In this document: positions 12,034-22,038 of the stretch, one piece after another
Position numbering within the stretch: the first letter of the stretch is position 1
Layout: every line of letters begins with the position of its first letter
DNA from: an uncultured Gemmatimonadales bacterium
GTDB taxonomy: Bacteria; Gemmatimonadota; Gemmatimonadetes; Gemmatimonadales; GWC2-71-9
DNA: 64,000 bases
Assembly (NCBI GenBank): GCA_963798915.1
Contig: CAWCVB010000014.1
Span: forward strand, 3,565-67,564
Direction: 5' to 3'
Position numbers and translations under genes: made by a program
Notes under the pieces: model-generated
What the model was told of the DNA's origin: nothing
Databases searched by the model: none
The model's input: the letters and a program-made list of their open reading frames with translations, nothing else

Positions 12034-13299
12034 ATGCGGAAATTCCGCCCATTCATCTGCCTGCTCGCGATCACGCTCATGACCGCCCCGCTCGGGGCGC
12101 AGTCTGCCACCCTGCTGAAGCCCGCTGCGGTGTATGACGGAATGAGTGATGGCCTGCACCCCGGCTGGGCGGTCCTGGTCGCCGGGGACTCGATCGCACA
12201 GGTGGGGCCGGCAAGCGAGCTGGCCGCGGGCGCTGCTCAGGTGGTGGAGCTTCCTGGCCTCACGCTGATGCCGGGAATGATTGAGGGGCATTCGCACCTC
12301 CTGTTGCACCCGTACAACGAGGCACCGTGGGACGTGCAGGTCCTCTACGAACCGCTGGCGCTGCGTATCGCCCGCGCCACCGTGGCGGCGAAGCGGACGC
12401 TGGATGCAGGCATCACCACGACCCGTGACCTGGGCACCGAGGGCGCGGGCTACGCCGATGTCGGTCTCCGCGATGCCGTGCGCCAAGGCATCATTCCCGG
12501 CCCGCGCATCCTGGCCACCACGCGAGCCATCGTGGTAACCGGCAGTTATGGGCCGCGCGGAGCGCCGGAGCGCGACATGGCCTTCGGGGCACAGGAAGCG
12601 GACGGCGTAGACGGCCTCACCCGCGTCGTGCGCGAGCAGATCGGCAAGGGGGCGGACTGGGTGAAGCTGTACGGAGACTATGGCTGGGGTCCCGGTGGCA
12701 CGGTGCAGCCCACGTTCACGGAGGCAGAACTGAAGCTTGCCGTGGAGGTGGCCGCAAGCTCCGGCCGCTTCGTTGTGGTCCACTCCAGCAGTGCAGAGGG
12801 CATGACGCGAGCGGCCCGGGCGGGGGCGCGGACCATCGAGCATGGCGACCACGGCACGGCGGAAGCCTTCAAGCTGATGGCCGAACGGCACGTGGGTTAC
12901 TGCCCCACGCTGGCCGCCACCGAAGCGGTGGCATCCTACCGGGGATGGAAGAAGGGCACCGGGCCCGCGCCCGGCTCGGTCCAGGAGAAGCACCGGAGCT
13001 TCAAGGCGGCGCTGGCCGCCGGCGTGGCCATCTGTTTCGGCGGGGATGTGGGCGTTTTCTCCCATGGGGACAACGTGCGCGAAGCCGAGCTGATGGTGGA
13101 GTACGGCATGACTCCTGCCGCCGCGCTGCACGCGACGACCGCTGGAAACGCCGACATATTCGGGCTGGCCGACCGCGGCCGCATCAAGGCGGGCCTGCTG
13201 GCCGACCTCGTCGCCGTCGAGGGCGACCCGACCCGGGACATCAGCGCCCTCAGGCAGGTCAGGTTTGTGATGCAGGGCGGGCGGGTGGAGCGACGATAG
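12034..13299 (+). CDS. Periplasmic amidohydrolase-family enzyme
   Basis: Start at ATG 12034 after a GGAGGA SD. Signal peptide [15 protein letters not shown]. Motifs GHSHLL (HxH), VKLYGD, VVHSS, IEHGDH, FGGDVG. Confidence 0.75.
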   Translation: MRKFRPFICLLAITLMTAPLGAQSATLLKPAAVYDGMSDGLHPGWAVLVAGDSIAQVGPASELAAGAAQVVELPGLTLMPGMIEGHSHLLLHPYNEAPWDVQVLYEPLALRIARATVAAKRTLDAGITTTRDLGTEGAGYADVGLRDAVRQGIIPGPRILATTRAIVVTGSYGPRGAPERDMAFGAQEADGVDGLTRVVREQIGKGADWVKLYGDYGWGPGGTVQPTFTEAELKLAVEVAASSGRFVVVHSSSAEGMTRAARAGARTIEHGDHGTAEAFKLMAERHVGYCPTLAATEAVASYRGWKKGTGPAPGSVQEKHRSFKAALAAGVAICFGGDVGVFSHGDNVREAELMVEYGMTPAAALHATTAGNADIFGLADRGRIKAGLLADLVAVEGDPTRDISALRQVRFVMQGGRVERR

Positions 13300-13468
13300 G
13301 GCAGGGCGGGCGTGACGGGCAGGGCGGGCGTGACGGGCGGGAACTCAGGCACGCTCTGTCATTGCTTCGACGCGCCTGCGGCGCGTCTCGCAATGACAGT
13401 ACGGGTTTAGCTTCGCTCGCCAACTCGCCAACTCGCCAACTCGCCAACTCGCCAACTCGCCAATTCGC
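13299..13468. repeat. Composite repeat block: (GGGCAGGGCGGGCGTGAC)x2, long hairpin, (CTCGCCAA)x6.5
   Basis: 18-mers at 13299 and 13317. Hairpin CTGTCATTGC...GCAATGACAG at 13356-13399. Octamer array at 13416-13468. Confidence 0.9.
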
Positions 13469-13508
13469 CGTCTGGCCCTCCAGCCGCCGAGGCCCCTATC
13501 TTCGATCA

Positions 13509-14249
13509 ATGTTCCCGTACCACGACGAGAACCCGACCTTGGCGACGCCGGTGGCGACGATCGGCATCATCGCCGCCAACATCGTGGTCTGGATCCTGGT
13601 GCAGGGGATGGGCTCGGAGCCGGCGCTGGCCCGCTCGGTCTGTGAACTCGGGCTGGTCCCGGGCGACTTCCTCGGCCGGCTGCCCGCTGGCTACGCCGTA
13701 CCGATGGGCCGAGGCGTGGCCTGCATCCTGTCGGGCGACCGGGCCTGGTACACACCCGTCACGTCGATGTTTCTCCATGGCGGCTGGCTGCACCTCATCG
13801 GCAACATGTGGTTCCTCTGGCTGTTCGGCAACAATGTCGAAGATTCGATGGGCCGATTCCGCTACGTAGCCTTCTACCTGCTCTGCGGGTTGGCGGCCGC
13901 GTTCATGCAGCTCTTCCTGAACCCATCCAGCGGGCTGCCGATGGTGGGCGCCTCGGGGGCCATCAGCGGCGTCATGGGCGCTTATGTGCTGCTGTATCCT
14001 CGGGTGCGGGTGCATGTGCTTCTGGTGCTGGTGATCTTCATTACTCGCATCCAGCTGCCCGCCTGGGTCATGCTCGGCTACTGGTTCCTGCTGCAACTGC
14101 TCGGGGGCACCGCGTCGCTGGCAGGGCAGCAGGGCGGCGTGGCATTCTGGGCCCACGTGGGCGGGTTCGCGGCTGGCGCCGCGCTGGTCACGCTCTTCAA
14201 GGACCGGGCGCTCGTGGCCCAGCACCGCGCTTTGGCGCGCACCATGTGA
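13509..14249 (+). CDS. Rhomboid-family intramembrane serine protease
   Basis: Motifs HGGWLHLIGNMWFLWLFG, GASGAISG (catalytic Ser) and HVGGFAAG (His). Start at ATG 13509. The upstream in-frame part is repeat sequence. Confidence 0.9.
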   Translation: MFPYHDENPTLATPVATIGIIAANIVVWILVQGMGSEPALARSVCELGLVPGDFLGRLPAGYAVPMGRGVACILSGDRAWYTPVTSMFLHGGWLHLIGNMWFLWLFGNNVEDSMGRFRYVAFYLLCGLAAAFMQLFLNPSSGLPMVGASGAISGVMGAYVLLYPRVRVHVLLVLVIFITRIQLPAWVMLGYWFLLQLLGGTASLAGQQGGVAFWAHVGGFAAGAALVTLFKDRALVAQHRALARTM

Positions 14250-14263
14250 TATTACGGACATTC

Positions 14264-15265
14264 ATGACACACCTGCCGGCCGGCGCCCCCGCGCGTCCCG
14301 ATCCCCATCTCCCGGTGCACCCGCGGAATCCGGGCATGCCCCTGGAGCTCGAGTGGGTGCAGGATGTGCGCATCAACCGCAGCGCGGTGGAGCGGCGCGC
14401 CGCATCATTGGGCACCCGGCGGACGGTCAAGAAACAGTGGCAGGCCGCCTGGCTGCTCCGCGCAGTCACCCTGATGGACCTGACCACGCTTTCGGGTGAC
14501 GACACCCCGGGCCGGGTCCGTCGGCTCTGTGCCAAGGGACGTGCACCGGTCCGGGTCGACCTGCTGGACATGCTGGGCGCCACGCAGCTGCCCATCCGGG
14601 TGGCCGCCATCTGTGTCTATCACGCCATGGTCGAGACCGCCGTCGAGGCACTGGCCGGGTCCGGGATTCCTGTCGCGGCGGTATCCACCGGGTTTCCGGC
14701 TGGCCTTTCGCCCTTCAGCCAGCGCCTGGAGGAGATTGGCGCCTCGGTCGAGGCAGGGGCGGAAGAAATCGATGTCGTCATTACCCGCGCGCATGTGCTG
14801 ACCGGCAACTGGTCCGCGCTCTATGATGAGGTGCGCGCCTTTCGCGCAGCCTGCGGCGATGCCCATATCAAGACGATTCTCGCCACCGGCGAACTCGGTA
14901 CCCTCCGGAATGTCGCGCGCGCGAGCCTGGTGTGCATGATGGCAGGCGCCGATTTCATCAAGACCAGCACGGGCAAGGAGGGCACCAATGCGACGCTGCC
15001 GGTCGGCCTGGTCATGGTGCGGCAGATCCGCGAATATCTGGATCGGACGGGCTACCGGGTCGGATTCAAGCCGGCCGGTGGTATCCGCAGTGCCAAGGAT
15101 TCACTCGTCTGGCTTGGCATGATGAAGGAGGAACTGGGCGACGCCTGGCTCCGGCCCGAGCTCTTCCGCTTTGGCGCCAGCAGCCTGCTGACCGATATCG
15201 AGCGGCAGCTGGAATATTTCGCCACCGGCCGCTACTCGGCCGATTACCGCCACCCACTGGGCTGA
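14264..15265 (+). CDS. deoC: Deoxyribose-phosphate aldolase (long form)
   Basis: LMDLTTLSGDDT, EIDVVI and FIKTSTGK (Schiff-base Lys) motifs. Confidence 0.85.
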   Translation: MTHLPAGAPARPDPHLPVHPRNPGMPLELEWVQDVRINRSAVERRAASLGTRRTVKKQWQAAWLLRAVTLMDLTTLSGDDTPGRVRRLCAKGRAPVRVDLLDMLGATQLPIRVAAICVYHAMVETAVEALAGSGIPVAAVSTGFPAGLSPFSQRLEEIGASVEAGAEEIDVVITRAHVLTGNWSALYDEVRAFRAACGDAHIKTILATGELGTLRNVARASLVCMMAGADFIKTSTGKEGTNATLPVGLVMVRQIREYLDRTGYRVGFKPAGGIRSAKDSLVWLGMMKEELGDAWLRPELFRFGASSLLTDIERQLEYFATGRYSADYRHPLG

Positions 15266-15267
15266 GC

Positions 15268-17688
15268 ATGTCATCCATCGGCGAAATTTTCGAAACCATG
15301 GAATACGGGCCGGCTCCGGAAGCGGCAGCGCCCGCGCTGGAATGGATCGCGGCGCATGGGAAGGGCCTCGGCCATTTCATCAACGGCAAGTGGACTGCCG
15401 CCGGCGAATCGTTCGCGTCGGTCAACCCGGCCACGGGCAAGCCGCTTGCCCGCGTGGCCCAGGGGAGCACCAGGGACGTGAATGCGGCCGTGCGGGCCGC
15501 GCGTGCCGCACAACCGGCCTGGGAAGGGCTGGGTGGCCATGGACGCGCCCGGCACCTCTATGCGCTGGCGCGCCAGATCCAGAAGCAGGCTCGACTCTTT
15601 GCCGTGATGGAATCGCTCGACAACGGCAAGCCGATCCGCGAATCGCGCGATATCGACATTCCCCTGGTGGCCCGACACTTCTACCACCATGCCGGCTGGG
15701 CGCAGCTCATGGAACGCGAGCTGCCTGATTCGGCTCCGGTGGGAGTGGTGGGCCAGATCATACCGTGGAATTTCCCGCTGCTGATGCTTGCGTGGAAGAT
15801 TGCGCCAGCGCTCGCCATGGGGAACACGGTGGTGCTCAAGCCGGCGGAGTTCACGTCGCTCACCGCCCTGCTGTTCGCTGAAATTGCCTCGCAGGCCGGG
15901 CTGCCCCCCGGGGTGCTCAACATCGTCACGGGCGATGGCCGGACCGGCGAGGCGCTCGTGGCGCATAAGGACGTGGACAAGATCGCCTTCACCGGTTCAA
16001 CCGAAGTCGGGCGGCTGATCCGGGTTGCCACGGCGGGTAGCGGCAAGCGGCTCTCGCTCGAACTTGGCGGCAAGAGTCCCTTCATTGTCTTCGACGACGC
16101 CGACCTGGACAGTGTGGTGGAGGGCGTCGTGGACGCCATCTGGTTCAACCAGGGGCAGGTCTGCTGCGCCGGCTCGCGCATTCTGGTCCAGGAAGGCGTT
16201 GCCGCGCGGCTGGTGCAGAAGCTGCGCGCGCGCATGGAGATGCTTCGGGTGGGCGACCCGCTCGACAAGGCAGTGGACATCGGCGCCATCATTGCGCCGG
16301 TGCAACTGGAGAAGATCACCCAGCTGGTGCAGCAGGGGCGCGACGAGGGGGCCACCGTGTGGCAACCATCGTGGAGCTGCCCGACCGAAGGCTATTTCTT
16401 TCCGCCCACGCTGTTCACCGATGTGTCGCCTTCGGCCACCGTGGCGCAGGTCGAGATCTTCGGCCCTGTGGTGGTGCTGATGACGTTCCGCACCCCAGAT
16501 GAAGCCGTTGAACTGGCTAACAACACCCGGTACGGACTTGCGGCGAGCGTCTGGACTGAAAGCGTCAACCTTGCTCTCGACATCGCGCCCCGGCTCGCTG
16601 CCGGTACCGTGTGGGTCAACTGCACCAACGTGTTTGACGCGGCGGCGGGATTTGGCGGCTACCGCGAGAGCGGATTCGGGCGCGAAGGCGGACGCGAGGG
16701 GCTCATGGAGTACGTGCAGCCGCGGTGGGAGGTGGCAGGCGGGAAGTCGGGAAGACGGGACGTCAGACGGGAAGACGGGAAGGCGGGAAGACGAGAGAGC
16801 GTCAAAGGCGCGCGCATCCCGACCTCCCGTCTTCCCGCCTTCCCGCCCATTGACCGCACCGCCAAGCTCTATATCGGTGGCAAGCAGGTCCGGGCCGATG
16901 GCGGGTACAGCGATCTGGTGCGCGGTGCCGGGGGGCAGCCCGCGGGTGAAGTGGCACGCGGGAATCGCAAGGACATCCGCAATGCCGTTGAAGCGGCGCG
17001 AAAGGCCCGGGGCTGGACCACGGCCACGGCCCACAACCGGGCACAGGTGCTGTACTATGTCGCCGAGAACCTGTGGGAGCGCACTGACGAGTTTGCGGGC
17101 CGGCTGGCCCTGGCGTCCGGGGACACGATAGCGGCGCGCGCTGAAGTCGAGCTGAGCCTCCAACGTCTCTACACCTACGCCGCATGGGCCGACAAGTGGG
17201 ACGGCCATGTTCACCAGACTCCCTACCGCAACGTCACTCTGGCCATGCCCGAGGCCCTGGGGGTGGTCGGCATCAGCTGCGCGGACGACATGCCGCTGCT
17301 TGGCTTCATCTCGACTGTCTCACCCGCCATCGCCATGGGCAACCGGGTCATCGTCCTTCCCTCCGAGGTATGGCCGCTCGCGGCCACCGACCTGTACCAG
17401 GTGCTCGAAACCTCGGACGTACCGGCTGGTGTCGTGAACATCATCACCGGTCCGCACGCGGAATTGCGCCCGGTGCTGGCGGCGCACGACGACGTTGACG
17501 GGATGTGGCACTTCGGCTCGCGTGAGGGTGCCGAGGAAGTGGAGCGGCTCTCGGCTGGCAACATGAAGCGCACGTGGGTGGGGTACGGCCGGACTCGCGA
17601 CTGGCGCGACCCGGTCCAGGGTGAGGGCGTCGAGTTCCTCGAACACGCCACCCAGATCAAGAATATCTGGGTGCCCTACGGCGAATAA
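15268..17688 (+). CDS. Aldehyde dehydrogenase fused in frame to a second, truncated ALDH-like module
   Basis: Module 1 (to about 16730) has IPWNFP, LELGGKSP and NQGQVCCAGSR. Module 2 (about 16850 to the end) begins IDRTAKLYIGGK, is ALDH-like, and lacks the ELGG and Cys motifs. There is no stop and no in-frame ATG/GTG/TTG between the modules. Confidence 0.8.
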   Translation: MSSIGEIFETMEYGPAPEAAAPALEWIAAHGKGLGHFINGKWTAAGESFASVNPATGKPLARVAQGSTRDVNAAVRAARAAQPAWEGLGGHGRARHLYALARQIQKQARLFAVMESLDNGKPIRESRDIDIPLVARHFYHHAGWAQLMERELPDSAPVGVVGQIIPWNFPLLMLAWKIAPALAMGNTVVLKPAEFTSLTALLFAEIASQAGLPPGVLNIVTGDGRTGEALVAHKDVDKIAFTGSTEVGRLIRVATAGSGKRLSLELGGKSPFIVFDDADLDSVVEGVVDAIWFNQGQVCCAGSRILVQEGVAARLVQKLRARMEMLRVGDPLDKAVDIGAIIAPVQLEKITQLVQQGRDEGATVWQPSWSCPTEGYFFPPTLFTDVSPSATVAQVEIFGPVVVLMTFRTPDEAVELANNTRYGLAASVWTESVNLALDIAPRLAAGTVWVNCTNVFDAAAGFGGYRESGFGREGGREGLMEYVQPRWEVAGGKSGRRDVRREDGKAGRRESVKGARIPTSRLPAFPPIDRTAKLYIGGKQVRADGGYSDLVRGAGGQPAGEVARGNRKDIRNAVEAARKARGWTTATAHNRAQVLYYVAENLWERTDEFAGRLALASGDTIAARAEVELSLQRLYTYAAWADKWDGHVHQTPYRNVTLAMPEALGVVGISCADDMPLLGFISTVSPAIAMGNRVIVLPSEVWPLAATDLYQVLETSDVPAGVVNIITGPHAELRPVLAAHDDVDGMWHFGSREGAEEVERLSAGNMKRTWVGYGRTRDWRDPVQGEGVEFLEHATQIKNIWVPYGE
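16741..16847. repeat. Octamer-array inverted repeat (GGGAAGNC)n embedded in the ALDH linker
   Basis: gggaagtc gggaagac ... gggaagac gggaaggc gggaagac, then inverted cgtcttcccgccttcccg. A perfect 18-bp stem pairs 16776-16793 with 16828-16845. Confidence 0.9.
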
Positions 17689-17838
17689 ATGGTCGAATAC
17701 ATCACGCTGAATGCGTCGGCGGCCAGGCAGGTGATGGGCCACTGGGTGGCTCAGGTCAATCCGACCATCGCCGCGATGGTCGGCGCCGGGTTGCTACTGG
17801 CCTGGCTGGTGTGGCGAGCTTTTGTGGTGCGGCGATGA
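17689..17838 (+). CDS. Possible 49-aa single-pass membrane peptide
   Basis: The ATG overlaps the ALDH stop (TAAATG). Sequence: MVEYITLNASAARQVMGHWVAQVNPTIAAMVGAGLLLAWLVWRAFVVRR, with one hydrophobic helix. It is below the ORF-track size cutoff. Confidence 0.3.
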   Translation: MVEYITLNASAARQVMGHWVAQVNPTIAAMVGAGLLLAWLVWRAFVVRR

Positions 17839-17848
17839 CGGCCCGCGG

Positions 17849-17876
17849 GTAGGGGCGGCCCGCGGGCCGCCCCTAC
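17849..17876. terminator. Perfect 28-nt palindrome GTAGGGGCGGCCCGCGGGCCGCCCCTAC between convergent genes
   Basis: The sequence is self-complementary. It lies between the ALDH/small-ORF end and the phoU end. There is no U-tract, and it belongs to the REP-like family also seen at 57.2 kb. Confidence 0.6.
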
Positions 17877-17882
17877 CCGCCC

Positions 17883-18560
17883 CTACTCGCGCCCCTCCGC
17901 ATGATGCTTGATTGACTTGCCCTCCACCAGGAACACCACATCTTCGCCAATGTTGGTGGCAAGATCGGCCACCCGCTCGAGATTCCGGCTCACCAGCACC
18001 AGCTCCATGCCGACGCCGATGGTGTGCGGGTCTTCCATCATGTGGGTGAGCAGGATCCGGAACACCGAGCGGTGCAGCGCGTCCACCTTGTCGTCGCGAA
18101 TACAGACTTCACGGCCGGTCTTCGCATCGCTCCGGATGAAGGCCTCCAGCGCGTCCGAGAGCATCTCGCGCGCGATGCGCGCCATTTCGACCAACTCCGG
18201 CTCCGGCGTGATCGGTCGACCCTTGAGCAGCCGTTCGGTGCTCTGTGCAATGTTCACCGCATGGTCGCCTACGCGCTCGAGGTCATTGGCGATCTTGAGG
18301 GCCGAGGTGATCATCCGGAGATCGCGTGCCATGGGCTGCTGCAGTGCCAGCAGCTGAATGCACTGTTCCTCGATCTCCATCTCCATGTCATCGATCTGGC
18401 GGTCCCCGCTGACGACCTCCGCGGCCTTGGCGGCGTCGCGCTGGAGCAGTGCGTCCAGGGCCAGCGCCAGCGCGGCCTCGGCCTCCCCCGACATGGTCAG
18501 CAGGCGGACCTTGAGATGGCTCAGCTCATCGTGGAAATGGCGATGTGCGTCCGTGGTCAT
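17883..18560 (-). CDS. phoU: Phosphate-transport system regulator PhoU
   Basis: 225 aa with a duplicated helical repeat, each half carrying a ...LERVGDHA / LERVADLA motif. Confidence 0.9.
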   Translation of the reverse strand: MTTDAHRHFHDELSHLKVRLLTMSGEAEAALALALDALLQRDAAKAAEVVSGDRQIDDMEMEIEEQCIQLLALQQPMARDLRMITSALKIANDLERVGDHAVNIAQSTERLLKGRPITPEPELVEMARIAREMLSDALEAFIRSDAKTGREVCIRDDKVDALHRSVFRILLTHMMEDPHTIGVGMELVLVSRNLERVADLATNIGEDVVFLVEGKSIKHHAEGRE

Positions 18561-19399
18561 CCGAATCTCCCGGTGATATACGCTTCGGTCCGCTCGTGTG
18601 CCGGTGCGGTAAAGAGCTGGTCCGTGGGTCCGTACTCGATAAGCCGGCCGTCGTCGAGGAAGGCGGTTGCGTCCGACACTCGCGCGGCCTGCTGCATGTT
18701 ATGGGTGACGATCACGATGGTGTACTCTCTTTTCAGTTCCACAATCAGCTCCTCCAGCCGCGCTGTCGAGATCGGGTCGAGCGCCGACGCCGGTTCGTCC
18801 ATGAGGAGCACGTGCGGCTGGTTGGCCAGGGCCCGCGCCACACAGAGCCGCTGCTGCTGCCCGCCGGAGAGGCTGGTGCCGGGCTCGTCCAGCCGGTCCT
18901 TGACCTCGTCCCAGAGCGCCGCCTTCCGGAGACACTGCTCCACCAGCTCCGGCATGTCCCGCCGGCCCGCGAGAGCGTTGATCGTCGGCCCGTAGGCCAC
19001 GTTCTCGAAGATGCTCTTCGGGAAGGGGTTGGGCCGCTGGAACACCATGCCGACCTGCAGGCGGAGCTCCACCAGGTCCACGTCCGGCGCAAACACCGAC
19101 CGGCCCTCCACCTTGATATCGCCCTCGTAGCGCGCACCCGGGATCAGGTCGTTGAGCCGGTTGATCGAGCGCAGGAAGGTACTCTTGCCGCAGCCTGACG
19201 GTCCGATGATGGCCGTAACGGCATTGCGCGCGATGCTGAACTCGAGTCCGTGCAAAGCTGAACGGGGTCCATAATGAAACTGGAAGTCGTGCACCGTCAC
19301 GGCGGCGGGCCCAGGCGTGGCTACCTCGCCGGCAACCCGCGGGGCCAGCGCTCCCTGCAGGTAGCCGGTCGGCCGCATCCCGGGCGTGGCGGCGTTCAT
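18557..19399 (-). CDS. pstB: Phosphate ABC transporter ATP-binding protein PstB (copy 2, N-terminal extension)
   Basis: [38 protein letters not shown] and C-terminal [10 protein letters not shown]. Confidence 0.9.
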   Translation of the reverse strand: MNAATPGMRPTGYLQGALAPRVAGEVATPGPAAVTVHDFQFHYGPRSALHGLEFSIARNAVTAIIGPSGCGKSTFLRSINRLNDLIPGARYEGDIKVEGRSVFAPDVDLVELRLQVGMVFQRPNPFPKSIFENVAYGPTINALAGRRDMPELVEQCLRKAALWDEVKDRLDEPGTSLSGGQQQRLCVARALANQPHVLLMDEPASALDPISTARLEELIVELKREYTIVIVTHNMQQAARVSDATAFLDDGRLIEYGPTDQLFTAPAHERTEAYITGRFG

Positions 19400-20172
19400 C
19401 CGAACCGTCCGGTGATGTAGGCCTCGGTCTGCTGGTTGGCGGGCGTGGTGAACATCTGACGAGTCGGGCCCGATTCCACCATGGTGCCCAGGTAGAAGAA
19501 CGACGTGGTGTCACTGACCCGGGCGGCCTGCTGCAGGTTGTGGGTCACAATCACGATCGTGAACGCGTCCTTGAGGGCAAACAGCAGCTCCTCGATTCGC
19601 TGGGTTCCCTTGGGGTCGAGCGACGCGGTTGGCTCATCGAGCAGAATCACTTCCGGTTGCGGCGCAATGCTGCGGGCCAGACAGAGGCGCTGCTGCTGCC
19701 CACCGCTGAGCGCCGTGGCACTGGCCTTGAGCCGGTCCTTGACCTCGTCCCACAGCGCGGCCTGGCGCAGCGCCCGTTCGACGACCTCATCGAGCCGTCG
19801 CCCCCGCAGGCGTCCCACCTTGTTCTCGACCCGGAGCCCGGCCGCCACGTTGTCGTAGATCGACATGGTGGGAAACGGTGTGGGCTTCTGGAAGACCATG
19901 CCGACGCGGCGGCGGAGCTGCATCGCGTTGACACGGGGCTCGTAGATGTCCTCGCCGTCCAGCAGGACCCGCCCCGTGATCCAGCCGCCCTCGCTCAGCT
20001 CATGCATGCGATTGAGGGATCGCAGGAAGGTGGACTTGCCGCATCCCGACGGACCGATCAGCGCATGCACCTGGTTGGAGGGAAATCGCAGCGACACGCT
20101 CTTGACCGCGGTGAACTTGCCATACATGGCCGTGAGCCGGTCGGTCTCGATCCGCACACGCGCGTCAGCCAT
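19396..20172 (-). CDS. pstB: Phosphate ABC transporter ATP-binding protein PstB (copy 1)
   Basis: [38 protein letters not shown] and [10 protein letters not shown]. Start at ATG 20172 (MADARVRIE), overlapping the pstA stop. Confidence 0.9.
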   Translation of the reverse strand: MADARVRIETDRLTAMYGKFTAVKSVSLRFPSNQVHALIGPSGCGKSTFLRSLNRMHELSEGGWITGRVLLDGEDIYEPRVNAMQLRRRVGMVFQKPTPFPTMSIYDNVAAGLRVENKVGRLRGRRLDEVVERALRQAALWDEVKDRLKASATALSGGQQQRLCLARSIAPQPEVILLDEPTASLDPKGTQRIEELLFALKDAFTIVIVTHNLQQAARVSDTTSFFYLGTMVESGPTRQMFTTPANQQTEAYITGRFG

Positions 20173-21007
20173 GACTGCCGCCCCGGCGGATGGCAAGCCG
20201 CGCACCGATGCTGAGCAGCAGCACCACGAGGATGAGCACGAGGGCGGCCGCCCAGGCGTACTGATGCCATTGCTCGTAGGGGCCAGTCGCATATACGAAA
20301 ACCGACAGCGGAAGTGCCGCCATCGGCTCGTTGATGTTGGTCGTCAGGTACTGGCTGCCCAGCGCGGTGAACAGCAGCGGGGCGGTCTCGCCGGCGATGC
20401 GCGCGACGGACAGGAGACTGCCGGTGGCGATCCCGGGCAGCGTGGTACGGACCACGACCAGCAGGGCCGTGCGCCAGCGCGGATAGCCCAGTGCCAGCGC
20501 GGCTTCCCGCAGCGAATTGGGCACCAGCTTGATCATCTCTTCGGTGGTGCGCAGGACCATCGGGATCATCAGCAGGGCCAGCGCGACGCTCCCGGCCAGC
20601 GCCGAGAAATGCTTCTGGGTCGCAACAATCCAGGCCCAGGCAAACACCCCGATCACGATCGACGGCGTGCCGTTGAGGACGTCGGCGACGAACCGGGTGA
20701 GCCAGGTCAATCGGCTGCCGGGGTATTCGGCGCAGTAGATGCCGGCCATGATGCCGATCGGCAGCCCGATCAGCGACGCCGTCCCGACGATGATCAGCGT
20801 CCCGACGATGGCGTTGGCGACGCCGCCGCCCTGCTCACCAGCCGGCACCGGCATCCGGGTGAAGAAGTCCCAGCTCAGACTGCTGGCACCCTTGAGGAGC
20901 AGATTGAGCAGGATCAGCAGCAGTGGGAGCACGGCCACCAGTACGGCCACGGCCATGAGCGCCACCATTGCATTGCTGATCCAGCGTCGCCGGGTGCGCC
21001 GGTGCAT
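20165..21007 (-). CDS. pstA: Phosphate ABC transporter permease PstA
   Basis: 280-aa polytopic protein with an EAALALG-type EAA loop ([12 protein letters not shown]), in pst operon context. Confidence 0.9.
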   Translation of the reverse strand: MHRRTRRRWISNAMVALMAVAVLVAVLPLLLILLNLLLKGASSLSWDFFTRMPVPAGEQGGGVANAIVGTLIIVGTASLIGLPIGIMAGIYCAEYPGSRLTWLTRFVADVLNGTPSIVIGVFAWAWIVATQKHFSALAGSVALALLMIPMVLRTTEEMIKLVPNSLREAALALGYPRWRTALLVVVRTTLPGIATGSLLSVARIAGETAPLLFTALGSQYLTTNINEPMAALPLSVFVYATGPYEQWHQYAWAAALVLILVVLLLSIGARLAIRRGGSHG

Positions 21008-22023
21008 CAGATGGCCCGGCTTCCAGCGCCCGAGCCGCGTGCCACCCGCCAGATGAGCAGTCGGGCACCGGCATTCACCAGCACCGTCACCACAAAGAGC
21101 AGCAGCGCGACATACGCCAGCGCTGCCAGGTGCATGTCGCCGACCGCCTCGGAGAATTCGTTGGCGATGGCGGCGGCCATGGTATAGCCGGGCGAAAAGA
21201 GCGAGGCCGCGATGTCATGCCGGTTGCCGATGAGCATCGTCACGGCCATGGTCTCGCCCAGCGCCCGGCCCAGTCCCAGGATGATGGCGCCGATGATGCC
21301 CGACCGGGCATAGGGCAGCACCGCCGTGCGGACCGCCTCCCATCGCGTGGCGCCCAGGGCCAGGGCTGCTTCTCGCTGGCTGTTCGGGACCGCCACCAGG
21401 ACCTCCCGGGCGACAGACATGATGTAAGGCATGATCATGATGGCCAGGATGATGCCAGCCGAAAGCATGGACGGGCCGTAAATCGGGCCCTTGAAGAACG
21501 GCAGAAAGCCGAAAAGCCGCTGGAGCAGGGGAAACACGGAGCCGCGAAGCAGCGGGATCATCACGAAGATGCCCCAGAGTCCGTAGACGACACTCGGAAT
21601 GGCGGCCAGGAGGCCGATGATGAACGCCACCGGCTCGCGCAGCCTCATTGGAGCAAATTCGGTCAGGAAGACCGCCACACCGAGTGAGAGCGGCACCGCT
21701 ATCAGCAGGGCCACGAAAGACGACATCAGCGTTCCATAAATGAGCGGCAGGGCGCCGAATTGCTCGGCTACCGGATCCCAGTCGCTCGACGTGACGAAGT
21801 CGAGCCCGAACTTGTGCATGGCCAGCGAGGAACCGGTCCAGAGCTGCCAGACCAGGAAGCAGAGGAGCACGGGGATGAGCGCTGCCGCCACCGTCAGCAG
21901 CAGCCGGAAGACCCGGTCACTGTGGCTGCGGCGCTCCAGCGAGACGCCGCTCAGTTCGGGCGCCCTGTCGATGGGACCGGTCATGGGCGGGAGTCTACCG
22001 TCGGCTGGGGAGGGGTTCGTCAC
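21007..22023 (-). CDS. pstC: Phosphate ABC transporter permease PstC
   Basis: 338-aa polytopic protein with [14 protein letters not shown], in pst operon context. The exact start is uncertain. Confidence 0.9.
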   Translation of the reverse strand: MTNPSPADGRLPPMTGPIDRAPELSGVSLERRSHSDRVFRLLLTVAAALIPVLLCFLVWQLWTGSSLAMHKFGLDFVTSSDWDPVAEQFGALPLIYGTLMSSFVALLIAVPLSLGVAVFLTEFAPMRLREPVAFIIGLLAAIPSVVYGLWGIFVMIPLLRGSVFPLLQRLFGFLPFFKGPIYGPSMLSAGIILAIMIMPYIMSVAREVLVAVPNSQREAALALGATRWEAVRTAVLPYARSGIIGAIILGLGRALGETMAVTMLIGNRHDIAASLFSPGYTMAAAIANEFSEAVGDMHLAALAYVALLLFVVTVLVNAGARLLIWRVARGSGAGSRAI

Positions 22024-22038
22024 GGATGTGTAACGAAT

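Noticed and set aside
12945-13508. Long in-frame extension upstream of the rhomboid gene (434-aa ORF)
   Set aside because: It overlaps the 3' end of the amidohydrolase gene out of frame and then reads through the 18-mer and octamer arrays ([29 protein letters not shown]). It is a repeat-derived open frame, not protein.
16741-16847. Treating the ALDH ORF as two separate genes with an ordinary intergenic spacer
   Set aside because: The frame is continuous with no stop, and there is no ATG/GTG/TTG in frame between 16741 and about 16917. As sequenced it is one ORF, and it is reported as a fusion that needs verification.
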